From Methanomicrobia archaeon (lineage in GTDB: Archaea > Halobacteriota > Bog-38 > Methanoflorentales > Methanoflorentaceae), in NCBI GenBank assembly GCA_015660915.1, contig JACTTZ010000006.1, positions 16,370 to 80,369 on the forward strand: 64,000 nt of DNA, given 5' to 3'. Under the pieces are notes generated by a model. That model saw only the letters and a program-made list of their open reading frames with translations. It was not told where the DNA came from and searched no databases. Both the position numbers and the translations under genes were made by a program. Numbering within the stretch: position 1 is the first letter of the stretch; every line of letters begins with the position of its first letter. This document shows positions 19,576-30,607 of this stretch, one piece after another.

Positions 19576-21168
19576 CTACAAGAGTGTTTTCGTCATATAC
19601 GGGCCTTCAAGACCATAGCCCTTGATTTTATAGTAATCACGGACCCCCATTGCGCTATTTATTGCGATCCTGTGCATCCCAGCATCGGTTGCGATACGTT
19701 CAGCAGTTCGAAGCAGTTCAGTTCCAAATCCGCGATGTTGCCACTTTTTTTCGTGCCGCTCGCCTAGCATTGCCAAACTTCCGTATACGCGTAACTCTCT
19801 GACCAGCCCCGTTTCTGCGGTTATTTCGGGCCTGTGCGACTTGTACGGAAGACGTAGCCGTGCGAAACCGATAAGGGACTCCGTATCGCCAAGCAGGCCG
19901 ACGCTTGAAATAAAGTACTCAACGCCCTTGCAGGCTCGATATTTTTCAACCCGTGTTTCGACTTCTTCCACTTGGTAAACGCCTCGAAGACCAACCTCTC
20001 GGCAACGTATGCAGCTGCAGTCGCCCCCGAGTTCGAGCAAGCGCCTCTTGGCCAGCTCCCGTAAGTTGCCCTTTTTGACGCCGCTTACGATTCGGTGAGC
20101 GGGGATATCTCTCTGCACGCGCTGCAGTCTCACCCATACGGGGAGCAGCGCTTTGACTCGTGCAACCAGCTCAACGGCGTCGCGCAGATCAAAGGCGATG
20201 TAATCACCGCGCTTCCACAGCTCGTGCAAGGCCGTCCCCTCTGTGACAAGCGTCGGGTATATCTTAAGGTAGTCTGGACAAAACCGCCCGTCGGTGAACA
20301 ACTCTCGAAACATTTTAAGATCAGATTCAAAATCGGAGCCTGGCAGTCCAGGCATGATGTGGAACCCAACCTTCAACCCGCTATCGCGGCACGCCCGATT
20401 TGCTTCCACCGCATCGGCGACACTATGTCCTCGTTGGATGGTTGCCAGGATTTGATCGGAGGTACTCTGGAGGCCGAGCTCAACCTTGGTCCCTCCTAGC
20501 GACAGCATATCGTCGACGTGATGTTGTTTTGCAAAATCAGGCCGTGTTTCAAACGTCACTCCGACGTTTCTCGTTAGTGCGCGCGCATTTGCCGAGAAGA
20601 CATCGCTTAAGTGATGAGAGTCAGCGGTGAGCGCTCGAGGGAAATCGTTCATCGCTTGTATGCACCGCCGTACAAACCACTCTTGATAATCGCGGGGACG
20701 CGCGGTGAACGTGCCCCCCATGACGATCAGTTCTGCCTTGTCAGTGGGATGTCCAATCTGGCGTAACTGGTTGAGACGGGCTTTAACTTGCCTGTAAGGG
20801 TCAAAGCCGTGTTGTATCGCACGCTTTGCTGCGGGCTCAAGACCGGTATAGCTTTGGGGCACGCTAAATTCAGGCCCCCCAGGACACGGCACACATTTGC
20901 CGTGAGGACACGGATAAGGGGAAGTCATAACTGCGATGACTGCGACGCCTGAAGCTGTTCTCGTTGGCTTCCGTTGTAGCACGTCAGTCAGTTTGTATCG
21001 GATTTGGGCCTCTGCTGCCCCGTAGATTTGCGCGTTCGTCAGCAGCGAGGAAAAACGGTAGCGCCGCGCTATTTCCATTTTTGCCTGCTGCAAATTCTGA
21101 CGTGTGACCTGGCCCTTGAGGATACCGTCGATGATTTGTGCACAGCCGTCAGCGAGTTGCTGCTCCAT
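19576..21168 (-). CDS. elp3: Elp3 tRNA U34 carboxymethyltransferase (radical SAM + GNAT)
   Basis: CPHGKCVPCPGG, LKIYPTLV, CSCIRCRE, WQHRGFG. Confidence 0.94.
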   Translation of the reverse strand: MEQQLADGCAQIIDGILKGQVTRQNLQQAKMEIARRYRFSSLLTNAQIYGAAEAQIRYKLTDVLQRKPTRTASGVAVIAVMTSPYPCPHGKCVPCPGGPEFSVPQSYTGLEPAAKRAIQHGFDPYRQVKARLNQLRQIGHPTDKAELIVMGGTFTARPRDYQEWFVRRCIQAMNDFPRALTADSHHLSDVFSANARALTRNVGVTFETRPDFAKQHHVDDMLSLGGTKVELGLQSTSDQILATIQRGHSVADAVEANRACRDSGLKVGFHIMPGLPGSDFESDLKMFRELFTDGRFCPDYLKIYPTLVTEGTALHELWKRGDYIAFDLRDAVELVARVKALLPVWVRLQRVQRDIPAHRIVSGVKKGNLRELAKRRLLELGGDCSCIRCREVGLRGVYQVEEVETRVEKYRACKGVEYFISSVGLLGDTESLIGFARLRLPYKSHRPEITAETGLVRELRVYGSLAMLGERHEKKWQHRGFGTELLRTAERIATDAGMHRIAINSAMGVRDYYKIKGYGLEGPYMTKTLL

Positions 21169-21270
21169 ATAATATCACTTAGGATTAACGCGGCGCGAGT
21201 ATTAAATGCTCGGTCAGTGCAGCAGACTTCACTCGAAGCGCCGATGCAAGAAAAAAGCCGTGAGCGACAA

Positions 21271-21822
21271 TCACGCGCCGACTGAGCTCCAGAGCTCCCG
21301 GTGAGCGAATCGACTAAGCTCCATTCGGACGGTGGGCTCAGGCGACTCGTCGGGGTATCCAGTAGGAAGCATGAGTACGGGACGAATGTCCAGCGGTATT
21401 TTCAATGAGCTTGAAACGCGTTTTTCGTCGAACGCGCCTATCCAGCACGTTGCGACGCCCAACGCTTCCGCCGCGAGTTGTATATAGCAAGCAGCAATAG
21501 TGGCGTCTTGGACTGCGTAAAGCTCAGCACGTTGTCCATACGCTTTCCGCGACCGCGCTATATTGGCGCAACCGACGAGCACTACCGGGGCCATAGCGAC
21601 AAAGAATTGTCCGTAAGCCGCCTCGGCAAGCACGTGCTTCATATTGGGGTCGCGCACGACAATGAAGTCACGCGCCTGCAGGTTACCAGCAGAAGGCGCG
21701 AGCCGTGCTGCTGTGAGGAGCTTGTCCAGCAGCGCGTCGCTGATAGTCTCTCGCGCGTACCGTCTCACAGAGCGGCGCCTCTGCATGACGCCCGTTAATG
21801 TGTCGTAATCTGACGCTACCAT
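21271..21822 (-). CDS. Nitroreductase-family protein
   Basis: RRSVRRY, APSAGNLQ, TCWIGAFDE. Confidence 0.9.
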   Translation of the reverse strand: MVASDYDTLTGVMQRRRSVRRYARETISDALLDKLLTAARLAPSAGNLQARDFIVVRDPNMKHVLAEAAYGQFFVAMAPVVLVGCANIARSRKAYGQRAELYAVQDATIAACYIQLAAEALGVATCWIGAFDEKRVSSSLKIPLDIRPVLMLPTGYPDESPEPTVRMELSRFAHRELWSSVGA

Positions 21823-21877
21823 GGAAAAGGGTTATTAGACTAATGCATATTAATATACCCAAGCTTGGAGTGAGAAT

Positions 21878-22408
21878 ATGAGAATTTCGATGGATTTGGA
21901 GCTGCAAGACACGCCAGGCCAGCTCATATACGTATTAACGCCCGTGTCTGACCTCGGCGGCAACGTCATGAGCGTCGTTCACCATCACGATAAGAAAACG
22001 TTTCGCAATACGGTGCCCGTTTCTGTGATTTTTGACGTCGAAGAACACAAGCTCGAAGAGCTTCAGAAACGACTTGAAAAGAACGGCGTAACGGTCGTGC
22101 GGATAGGTAAAATGAGGCTGCGCGCCAGGACACACATCTTGCTCATTGGGCACATTATTCATACTGACTTAAGGCACACGATCGATGAAATTGATGGCAC
22201 GGGATTTGCTGAAGTTCAAGACCTTAGTCTATCAATGCCTGCCATCGACGGTCCTTCGTCAGCCGTTGTCACGATAATGGCTACCGGAAACGAGGAACTG
22301 AAAAAGGCAGTCGAAATTCTCAAAGATATCGCTCAGCGTAAGGATCTGCTAGTTATCGTACCAATAGATGAGAGCGGAATATCCGGAGGTCTGAGCAATG
22401 CAGAATAG
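21878..22408 (+). CDS. ACT-domain amino-acid-binding protein
   Basis: LELQDTPGQL, LIGHIIHTDL; coupled to hom. Confidence 0.85.
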   Translation: MRISMDLELQDTPGQLIYVLTPVSDLGGNVMSVVHHHDKKTFRNTVPVSVIFDVEEHKLEELQKRLEKNGVTVVRIGKMRLRARTHILLIGHIIHTDLRHTIDEIDGTGFAEVQDLSLSMPAIDGPSSAVVTIMATGNEELKKAVEILKDIAQRKDLLVIVPIDESGISGGLSNAE

Positions 22409-23372
22409 CACGTCTGTCTTTAAGCTCTCCATTATTGGATTTGGTGCCGTAGGACAAGGAGTCGCAAAGGTCGTGCAAAACGTGCCTCAGTTAAAAGTCG
22501 TGGCCATCGCTGATTCAAAAGGGGTTGCGCTGATGCCTGATTTAGAGGACGTGCTTGCGCGTAAACGAGCGGGCCAGCCCATCGCGAATTCGGATCTAAC
22601 GGCGCTCGACGTCATCCGAACTGTTGAACACGACGTTGTCGTGGAGGTAACCCCTACGAATATCGATGACGGGGAGCCGGGCTTGACGCACGTGCGTGAA
22701 GCGCTTAAAAACAAGCGAAATGTTGTTACCTCAAACAAAGGCCCTCTGGTCGCCGCCTTTAGCGAGTTAACGCACCTTGCTCGTACACAGGGGGTGGCGC
22801 TGCGGTACGAGGCGACCGTTGGCGGCGCGATGCCCATAATCAACCTCATACGCGACACTCTTGCGGGTGCTCGAGTGCTCGGCATACGGGGCGTGCTCAA
22901 TGGCACGTGCAATTACATCCTCACTCGAATGGCCGAGGAGGCGCTCGATTACGATCAAGTCTTGAGCGAAGCGCAAGATATGGGTATAGCCGAGGCGGAT
23001 CCAACATATGACGTGACTGGCATTGACACCGCCTGTAAGGTTGTCATATTGGCAAACGCATTTTTTGATCGTAACGCCACATTTGCTGACGTGAACGTAA
23101 CCGGCATTGATCGGATCACGCAGGATGCGCTACAACTTGCGCGGCAAAGAGGCTTTGTCGTGAAACTCATCGGCGACGTTCAGGAGCTCACGGTCTCTCC
23201 AAAGTTGATTCCGCTAAGACATCCGCTCAACGTCAGCGGTACGCTCAACGCCGCTTCAATTCTAACCGATACGGCAGGCGAGATCACCGTCGCCGGAAAA
23301 GGCGCAGGCTCGATTGAGACGGCAAGTGCAATATTGAGTGACGTTCTGAGTATAATGCGGAGCCGCGATTAA
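22398..23372 (+). CDS. hom: Homoserine dehydrogenase
   Basis: GFGAVG, VVTSNKGP, YEATVGGAMP, LNGTCNYIL, GKGAG. Confidence 0.95.
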   Translation: MQNSTSVFKLSIIGFGAVGQGVAKVVQNVPQLKVVAIADSKGVALMPDLEDVLARKRAGQPIANSDLTALDVIRTVEHDVVVEVTPTNIDDGEPGLTHVREALKNKRNVVTSNKGPLVAAFSELTHLARTQGVALRYEATVGGAMPIINLIRDTLAGARVLGIRGVLNGTCNYILTRMAEEALDYDQVLSEAQDMGIAEADPTYDVTGIDTACKVVILANAFFDRNATFADVNVTGIDRITQDALQLARQRGFVVKLIGDVQELTVSPKLIPLRHPLNVSGTLNAASILTDTAGEITVAGKGAGSIETASAILSDVLSIMRSRD

Positions 23373-23407
23373 TCGCTTCGCGATGCGTCGAGATTGCGCG
23401 CTGATGG

Positions 23408-24574
23408 TTACTTGTCACTCGGACTAGGCGAGCTGTGTTGCGCGACGGGCTGCTCTTGCCCCCTTTTTACGAGCGAAGAAATGGCGATGCCCGTCAGAGC
23501 GATTACGATAGCGCCGGCAACTGAAAACAGGAGCATTTGGAAGCCAGTGATAATCTCAATACTCCTCGAAGTCTGTATTATGAGAATGTCTGCGGGATTA
23601 AGCACTGGAACTGGCCTTCCTCCAAGTGCCAATATAAGGATACTTGCGCTCCACAGGATCAGACCGGTCGATAATATGAAGAAGGGAAATTCCACGTATC
23701 GCCATGCGTGTTTTTCGTCGCTTAGATAAGCGTCGATTATCCGGCCGATAGTCGCGATGACCCCCGCTGCAACGAACCACCACACGCTGGTGTTAATAAA
23801 GACAGCTGCAGTGAACACGCCGCCATAAGCAGCGAAGTTCAGACTCAAGGTCGTGATAATGCCCTGTGCAGCTCCGATTATACCCAGTGCGAGGGCCACC
23901 ATATAAGTCACGAACGAGATGTTGCCTCCGTAAAATGAAAACTTCACACTTTGAGCAACGCCTTCGAGAACGTCGTCGAGGCCAAGCCCTCGAAAGAGAA
24001 GATACACGCCGATGAATGCGCTTATCACAATTAGCGCACCCTCAGGGTGCCCAACAAAAGAGAGTATGGCAAATAATAATAATATGAGTCCAACTGGTAT
24101 GAAAATCGCGTTCGCAATCTTCGGATCCTCGAAGAGTTTTTTGATCGTGTAATATGTACTTTCGAGGCTTTCAGACTGACGCATGATCACGCGTTTCACG
24201 CCGTCGAGTTTTATACGGGATTGAACGATGGGGAGTATAAACTCGTCTTCTGCGCCGTCGGAGACGATGATGACGCTAGTCGCATTGACCTTGCTGAGGA
24301 CACGGTCAAGCTGCTCGGAGAGGATCTGGTCTGATTTTAATCCGACATCTTCGTTGCCTGATATGGACGCGAGCTCCGCTTCGATCCCTTGTGACTTTAA
24401 ATCATCATAAACGCGGATGCCTTCAAAAATGGCGTTTACGTCAGAATCTTCAGGGTCGCTCAGTCCGAGCTGTAATGCCGCGTTGACATTGTCAGCCCGT
24501 CCAATAATCGGGCCTTGAAGGTGGGCTTTTGATCCCAGATCGTTGTCGCGATCAACGCATAAGACTAGTTTCAT
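23408..24574 (-). CDS. DUF373-family membrane protein
   Basis: LVLCVDRDNDLG, DPEDSDVN, VSDGAEDE. Confidence 0.88.
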   Translation of the reverse strand: MKLVLCVDRDNDLGSKAHLQGPIIGRADNVNAALQLGLSDPEDSDVNAIFEGIRVYDDLKSQGIEAELASISGNEDVGLKSDQILSEQLDRVLSKVNATSVIIVSDGAEDEFILPIVQSRIKLDGVKRVIMRQSESLESTYYTIKKLFEDPKIANAIFIPVGLILLLFAILSFVGHPEGALIVISAFIGVYLLFRGLGLDDVLEGVAQSVKFSFYGGNISFVTYMVALALGIIGAAQGIITTLSLNFAAYGGVFTAAVFINTSVWWFVAAGVIATIGRIIDAYLSDEKHAWRYVEFPFFILSTGLILWSASILILALGGRPVPVLNPADILIIQTSRSIEIITGFQMLLFSVAGAIVIALTGIAISSLVKRGQEQPVAQHSSPSPSDK

Positions 24575-24598
24575 TCTTGCCTGCAGGAAGTGCGAAGC

Positions 24599-25459
24599 CT
24601 ATAGAAGACCGGAGCGCTGGAGAAGGAGAAGATCATCTGTCTCGAGTTTTTGCCCGTCCTTAAACATTGCGTAAACTTCCTCTGCTCGTTTAAGCACGTC
24701 GACCTTCTCGCGGGACTCGCGAGCCTCTTTGGTCCGCTTTTTAAGACTCGATATGATCTTGTCGTAGTCTCTTAATTCCTTTTCCATTTTGATGTACTTC
24801 TGATGCTGCTCGTCAGCGCTCTCTTGCGCGCGCACAAACTCTTTGTGGGCGATGTCCGCTTCGGCACGAACCTTATCTGCTTCCTTGAAGCATTTGAGCA
24901 TCTTTTCGTGGCACTCCTGCGCACGGTCTGCGTTATCCGTAAGCTGCTTGTGGAATTCGCTTGCTTCTTCCCGGAGTTGCCGTGCCTTTTCCAACGCTTC
25001 CTTGAGTTCAGTGTTGCTTTCAAGCTCGACCCGCTTCTTTCTGTACTCCTCCCAGAGGTGGGCGATATGATCCACAAGCTCGCGCTCTTTTTCCGTGCTT
25101 ACAACTTCTGTCTGCTGCTTAAACTCAAGATGGTCAATTTCGCGCTTGAGCTCGCTTAGCGAAAGCCCGCCTGCGACGCGAAACTTTCTCTTAATTTGGT
25201 CCGCTTTCGCGAGAAGGTTGTTCGCCGACTCATTGAGGCTGTCTCGCTTTTCCTTATTCTCTGAAACGAGTTTGTTGAACTCATCTCGCTTGTCTTTGGA
25301 CTGCTGCGCGCTGTCTATCAGTGCTCGGGTCTTCGCGTTCAACTCGTCACGTCTCGTGGCGAACTGACTTGCTTCTGCGTTAAGCCGGTTACGCTCAAGC
25401 TTCGAGACTTCGGCTTCCTTTTTTAGCAAGGCTTTCTTTTCTTGCAACTCTCTCAGCAT
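24599..25459 (-). CDS. Archaeal coiled-coil protein (COG1340-like)
   Basis: Heptad-rich; ends FKDGQKLETDDLLLLQ. Confidence 0.82.
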   Translation of the reverse strand: MLRELQEKKALLKKEAEVSKLERNRLNAEASQFATRRDELNAKTRALIDSAQQSKDKRDEFNKLVSENKEKRDSLNESANNLLAKADQIKRKFRVAGGLSLSELKREIDHLEFKQQTEVVSTEKERELVDHIAHLWEEYRKKRVELESNTELKEALEKARQLREEASEFHKQLTDNADRAQECHEKMLKCFKEADKVRAEADIAHKEFVRAQESADEQHQKYIKMEKELRDYDKIISSLKKRTKEARESREKVDVLKRAEEVYAMFKDGQKLETDDLLLLQRSGLL

Positions 25460-26141
25460 GCACTCCTCTCTTGAATATCGGCAGTATTAGGGTGAGATCC
25501 TTTTTCATGATGATGATGTCTGCAATATCGTACAGAACTGGGCTTGCGTTGAATGCTATGGAAAACCCGGCAGCTTCAAACATTGAGATGTCGTTTGCGC
25601 CATCTCCGATCACAATGCAGTCCTCGGGGCGTATCCCCTCCTTCTTGGCAATCGCCTCGAGAGCCTCTTTTTTGGAGTTTTGGCGTACGAGCGGTCCTAC
25701 AACTTCTCCTGTCAAAACTCCGTCCTTTATGATGAGCTCATTGGCGATCAGACAATCAATTTCGAGTTCTTGAGCCACCCGTCGGGCAACGATGGTAAAC
25801 CCTCCAGAAACCATTGCGATCTTGTACTCTTTCTTGAGCTCCCGTATGAGCTCTTTGGCCCCTTTCATGAGAGGGATATCTAAGGCGACTTTTTTGACCT
25901 CCGCTACCTTCAGACCTTTTAAGAGCTTTACGCGTTCTCTCAAGGCCTCTTCAAAATCCATTTCCCCCCTCATAGCGCGCTTTGTGAGCGCCACCACAAG
26001 GTCTCCGACATTGGCCGCCTTCGCCAATTCATCGATTGTTTCGCCATCGATGAGCGTGCCGTCCATATCGAAAACGATCAGTATTGCACTTCCGTTGCAA
26101 AATAATCTACCAAGCGGGGAATTGATAAGCTCCAAGCTCAT
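25395..26141 (-). CDS. serB: Phosphoserine phosphatase
   Basis: [27 protein letters not shown]; start uncertain. Confidence 0.9.
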   Translation of the reverse strand: MSLELINSPLGRLFCNGSAILIVFDMDGTLIDGETIDELAKAANVGDLVVALTKRAMRGEMDFEEALRERVKLLKGLKVAEVKKVALDIPLMKGAKELIRELKKEYKIAMVSGGFTIVARRVAQELEIDCLIANELIIKDGVLTGEVVGPLVRQNSKKEALEAIAKKEGIRPEDCIVIGDGANDISMFEAAGFSIAFNASPVLYDIADIIIMKKDLTLILPIFKRGVHAERVARKESLAKKGSRSLEA

Positions 26142-27360
26142 GGCTGAAGCAGTATTCTACCTCCTGGTAGTTACTTTTAAACTCTACCACATCTTTTTTA
26201 ACCTTTTCGGGTGCTTCGCCGTTAAGCACGCGTGCGACGAGTCCCGCTACAACTTTCATCTCCGACTCTTTCATTCCTAGTCGTGTTAGTTCTTGCGTTC
26301 CAAATCGAATCCCTGAAGGATTTTCTGGAGCATTATGATCGTCCCACGGTAGTAGATTTTTGTTAGCAATGATGTTCGCCTTTTCGAGAGCAACCGCCAA
26401 AGCACTTGCGCGCCCCACGTCTAGTACGATCTGATGAGATTCTGTGAACCCTTTGTCAGGACACAGCACGTTGAATCCGAGGTTGTAGAGCGCCGCACCG
26501 AGCGTCTGAGCATTCTCGATCGTCTGCTGCGCGTACGCTTTCCCGAATTCAAGCATTTCAACGAGTGTGACCGCTAGACCCGCAATGTGATGGAGGTGGT
26601 GATTGCTTACGGTTCCCGGAAACACCGCATCGTCGATCGCGTCGGCCAGCGCGCGCGTCGAAAAGATTATGCCGCCTTGAGGCCCAGGAAACGTCTTGTG
26701 CGTTGAACCGGTCATCACGTCAACTCCCTCGTCGAGAGGGTCCTGAAACTGCTCGCCTGCAATGAGGCCGAGCACGTGCGCGGAATCGTACACGATTGCG
26801 GCGCCGACTTCACGTGCGGCATCGCACGCTTCTTTGATTGGGTGGGGGAAGAGAAACAAGCTCGCCCCAAAGAGTATAATTTTGGGCTTCTTTTCATAAA
26901 TCGTAGCGATCATCGCGTCGCTGTCGATATTCATCTCTTCGTAGTCAAAGGGATGTTTGACAATTCTAAGGTGGCGGATGCCCGCAACGGACTTCGTCCC
27001 GTGGCTTATGTGGCCACCGTGTGAGGTGTCAAGCGCCATTAACGCATCATTCAGATTTGAAAGGGCAAAAAACGCAGCGATATTCGCGTTTACGCCGGAG
27101 ACGGGTTGGACGTTGACGTGCTCAGCCTTGAAGAGTTTGAGCGAAAGGTCGATGGCGTGCTGCTCCACCTCGTCGATATACTTGACGCCTTGGTAGTACC
27201 GCTGGCCGACCTTGCCTTCGGCGTATCGGTGGCCAAAATCAGATGCCAAAAGTTGGCGCACGGCAGGACTGGTAATATTTTCACTCGCGATTAAAGGGAG
27301 GGACTCGCTGAACCACTTATGATGTGCCCTCACCGATCGCGTTATGTCCTCGACGTGCAT
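26107..27360 (-). CDS. glyA: Serine hydroxymethyltransferase
   Basis: [28 protein letters not shown]. Confidence 0.95.
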   Translation of the reverse strand: MHVEDITRSVRAHHKWFSESLPLIASENITSPAVRQLLASDFGHRYAEGKVGQRYYQGVKYIDEVEQHAIDLSLKLFKAEHVNVQPVSGVNANIAAFFALSNLNDALMALDTSHGGHISHGTKSVAGIRHLRIVKHPFDYEEMNIDSDAMIATIYEKKPKIILFGASLFLFPHPIKEACDAAREVGAAIVYDSAHVLGLIAGEQFQDPLDEGVDVMTGSTHKTFPGPQGGIIFSTRALADAIDDAVFPGTVSNHHLHHIAGLAVTLVEMLEFGKAYAQQTIENAQTLGAALYNLGFNVLCPDKGFTESHQIVLDVGRASALAVALEKANIIANKNLLPWDDHNAPENPSGIRFGTQELTRLGMKESEMKVVAGLVARVLNGEAPEKVKKDVVEFKSNYQEVEYCFSHELGAYQFPAW

Positions 27361-27523
27361 GGCATCTAGACATTATGCGTGCCTATAATAAACCTTTCTC
27401 AGCTAGGCAACCCACAGCAAGATCGAATTCGATTTTAAAGACGCCAAAAGACGTTACTATTTATATCCCGCATTTGATATGTACGCTGCAGAGGTCAGTG
27501 TCGAAAGCTCCAAGGTGTTCGCG

Positions 27524-29164
27524 ATGAAACCTTTCCGCAAATCTCTGCTCATCTTTCTTGCGGCCGCCACACTGCTCGTCGTCGTTTATAGCTTGGTCTT
27601 CCTCTTCTTGATGGCCAGTGCTGAAGGCAGGTCTTATACAATAGTCGACGCCGTCTACTGGGTAATCGCGACGATGACCACGCAAGGTCTAGGAGACATC
27701 GTCTTTGTGAGCAGTGCTGGCAGGATGTTTGCAGTGCTTGTGATGCTTACCGGAATCATCCTCTTCTTTGCAATCCTGATCCCTCTCGTCGTCACGCCCG
27801 TGCTACAGAGCGTTCGGGGATCGGTGCCGACGAAGTCGAAGGCCCAGGATCACGTTTTGATCGTAGGCTATAATACTATGGCAGAAGCGATTATCGAAGA
27901 TTTTGAAGAGCGGGGGTTACCGTATCTCGTTGTTCACGACGACAGGGAAGTGGTTGAGGCCCTGGTCGAACGAAAGATCCCGTGCATATTGGGGGATCCC
28001 GCCGATGAAGTGACTCTGCGAAACGCTCAGATAGAGCGCGCACATAAGGTCGTTCTAAATCAGAGCGATGAGAAGAATGCCATTGTCGCGCTGGCGGCAA
28101 AGAAGCTTACACGAGCGGATATCATTGGTCTTGTTGACGACATGTCGAATGCCGTATACTTGCTCTATGCGGGTGCTGACAAAGTCGTATCGCCTAAACA
28201 GCTCCTTGGCATCGATATTGGCCACAAGGCCGCAATGCCGATTACGCACCGGCTTGTTGGCACAACTCCCTTGATCGGCTCTTTGCGGATTTTTGAGCTT
28301 CCAATTCTTGGAGAGAGCGGTATCAACGGGTTATCGATCGAAGAAGCCAAGATACGTGAGCGAACCGGTGCCACAGTTATAGGCATGTGGAAGCGCTCAA
28401 AACTCACCTTCAATCCAGCGGCCTCTGAAATCATCACGGACACCACAGTGCTTTTGCTCATCGGCACAAAAAAGCAACTCGATGCGGCAAAGGAACTCTC
28501 AATGTGTCGGCTTGATGGCACGTACTGCGCGATCAGGGGGCACTATATCGTCGCAGGGTACGGCGACGTCGGAAAACGGGCATCCAAGGTGCTGCGGTCA
28601 AACGGTATTGAACACATCATCATCGATAAGCACCAAGGTGACGTGGTTGGAAGCTCCGCCGATATGACAATCCTTAGGCAAGCAGGGATTACCGAAGCAT
28701 CTACACTTCTCGTCACGGTCAATAATGACCTGGATGCAATCTATACAACATTAGTCGCACGAAAACTTAACCCTCAGATTGACATTATCTGCCGCGCAGT
28801 GCGCCCGCGAGCAGTTGAAAAGTTGTATCAAGCGGGAGCAGACTATGTAGTGTCCCAGTCCGTTGTAGCTGGCCAAGTCTTGCTGAAATTTGTCGATCCC
28901 CGACCGCGTGGCACGCAACTACGGGAGGTCCTGCTCTCAGAGGACATGAAGGTTGTTGAATATCCTCCTGGTCCGTCACTCGTAGGCAGAAGCCTCGAGG
29001 ACCTTAAGATACGATCACGCACAGGGTGCACCGTTATCGCTGTCACTGCCAGTGGAGCAACCATACCAAACCCCGATCCGCATCAAGTTATCCCCGAAGA
29101 CTCTTTTCTCACCGTCATCGGTACGCGAGAACAGATACGTGAATTCAAGCGTGTCTTCGGATAG
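27524..29164 (+). CDS. 2-TM channel with two RCK (TrkA-N/TrkA-C) repeats
   Basis: YWVIATMTTQGLGDI pore region; IVGY and VAGYGDVG Rossmann folds; TrkA-C repeats. Confidence 0.85.
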   Translation: MKPFRKSLLIFLAAATLLVVVYSLVFLFLMASAEGRSYTIVDAVYWVIATMTTQGLGDIVFVSSAGRMFAVLVMLTGIILFFAILIPLVVTPVLQSVRGSVPTKSKAQDHVLIVGYNTMAEAIIEDFEERGLPYLVVHDDREVVEALVERKIPCILGDPADEVTLRNAQIERAHKVVLNQSDEKNAIVALAAKKLTRADIIGLVDDMSNAVYLLYAGADKVVSPKQLLGIDIGHKAAMPITHRLVGTTPLIGSLRIFELPILGESGINGLSIEEAKIRERTGATVIGMWKRSKLTFNPAASEIITDTTVLLLIGTKKQLDAAKELSMCRLDGTYCAIRGHYIVAGYGDVGKRASKVLRSNGIEHIIIDKHQGDVVGSSADMTILRQAGITEASTLLVTVNNDLDAIYTTLVARKLNPQIDIICRAVRPRAVEKLYQAGADYVVSQSVVAGQVLLKFVDPRPRGTQLREVLLSEDMKVVEYPPGPSLVGRSLEDLKIRSRTGCTVIAVTASGATIPNPDPHQVIPEDSFLTVIGTREQIREFKRVFG

Positions 29165-29296
29165 CTCTTTTGTGGACTCTATCGCAACGATCTCAGCACC
29201 GTTGCTAAACAAAGCCGCTAGCTTCATGCAGACTCAGATCTATGGTCTGCTAACGTGAGGAAACGGGTCAACCTGAACAGTCCACCTACTTGCACG

Positions 29297-29479
29297 CTAG
29301 TGGCGTCGTAGCCACGCAGCGACGAAGGATATGACGAACAGTATGACGAATATTACCACCACAAGCAAAACAGCACTCCACGCGATCCCAGCTATGCCAG
29401 ACAGCCCGAGCAAGCCAGCAACAACTGCAATTATCAGAAAAATAATTGCCCAGTAGATCAAAGAGCCACGCCAAGCCAT
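29297..29479 (-). CDS. DUF1328-like small membrane protein
   Basis: WAIIFLIIAVVAGLLGLSGIAG; GGAGG RBS. Confidence 0.75.
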   Translation of the reverse strand: MAWRGSLIYWAIIFLIIAVVAGLLGLSGIAGIAWSAVLLVVVIFVILFVISFVAAWLRRH

Positions 29480-29587
29480 TGTTCCACCTCCACTGTTAAA
29501 TCTTCGAAATCGTATATAAGCATTTTCTTATCGCTCTTTTGTCAAACGACCGCGCTAGAAGCGAAGAATAGAAGATTCGCCAGCGGA

Positions 29588-30607
29588 TTACGGTACAAGC
29601 GGTACGCCATAACTGAACTCTTCAAACTCGAGGACATACTCCCACAACATCTGATCGATGCAAGTCGCTGTGAATGACGCGCTGTTTTGAGAGAGCGAGA
29701 ACTCTTTGATTTCTGCTACCACCTCGCGATCGCATCTCCAGCAGTTATGCGGTCCCCGCCGTGTACCCCCTCCAACGGGATCACAGATGACCGTGGCAGT
29801 CTCGTGCGTCCCTTTCAGGACTTCCACTGCGGACCATAACCACGGGGGCCTATAAAGGCCCTTTTTCCAAAGCGCCTCAACCAGAGTGCCCTTTTGTACG
29901 TTGCATACGTTCAACGAGATGGTGTCTGCGTGCGGGGCAGCGTCGCGAACGGATCGAAGGGCATCTTCCAAGGCTTCCCGTTCTGTCAGAAAAGGCGGCT
30001 TGAGCAGCAGATAAGCCTTAACCGTGAAGCCGTTAGCGTGCGCGGCTTCAGATGCCCTGACAAAATCGCGAAACGAAAACCCTTTGTTAATGTAGTTGTT
30101 TCGGATGCAGTCATTTGACGTTTCAAGGCCGATAGCAACTTCAACGTGTTCGTTGATTCGAAAGATATCATCACAGATCTCAGGCGTGACGAATTCTGGC
30201 CGACTCTCAACGATAACCTTTGGCGTGCCCTTCAACTCAGACAGGATCGCGTCTCGCACGTCGATCGGCACCTCGCTTTGATCAAGAAAACTGCCTGAAG
30301 TAAAGATTTTTACGATCTTAAACGCCTTGCCGTAATGGGCTATTACTTCGTGGAATTGCTTTTGAATATCGGAGGCTTGCGCGTCAGGATTCGAGTCGAT
30401 AATATAGCCGCACATAGTGCAGCCTTCGCGACGGGCCCAAGAGCACCCTTTGGTCGTAAGAACCACCGTAAGGGAAGGCACGACGTCGCCGTTAAGCAGA
30501 TCCCAGCCGGTCCAGGCAAATCGCGCATTGCCACGTGTGCGGCGGCCGTTCGTCTCTCGTCCAGACGTTCGCGGCACGCGCTTCCGAGCTCTATACTGTT
30601 TTTTCAT
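29588..30607 (-). CDS. Archaeosine biosynthesis radical SAM protein RaSEA
   Basis: GCSWARREGCTMCGY, KIFTSGSF, YLLLKPPF, RGPHNC; start overlaps the arcS stop. Confidence 0.88.
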   Translation of the reverse strand: MKKQYRARKRVPRTSGRETNGRRTRGNARFAWTGWDLLNGDVVPSLTVVLTTKGCSWARREGCTMCGYIIDSNPDAQASDIQKQFHEVIAHYGKAFKIVKIFTSGSFLDQSEVPIDVRDAILSELKGTPKVIVESRPEFVTPEICDDIFRINEHVEVAIGLETSNDCIRNNYINKGFSFRDFVRASEAAHANGFTVKAYLLLKPPFLTEREALEDALRSVRDAAPHADTISLNVCNVQKGTLVEALWKKGLYRPPWLWSAVEVLKGTHETATVICDPVGGGTRRGPHNCWRCDREVVAEIKEFSLSQNSASFTATCIDQMLWEYVLEFEEFSYGVPLVP

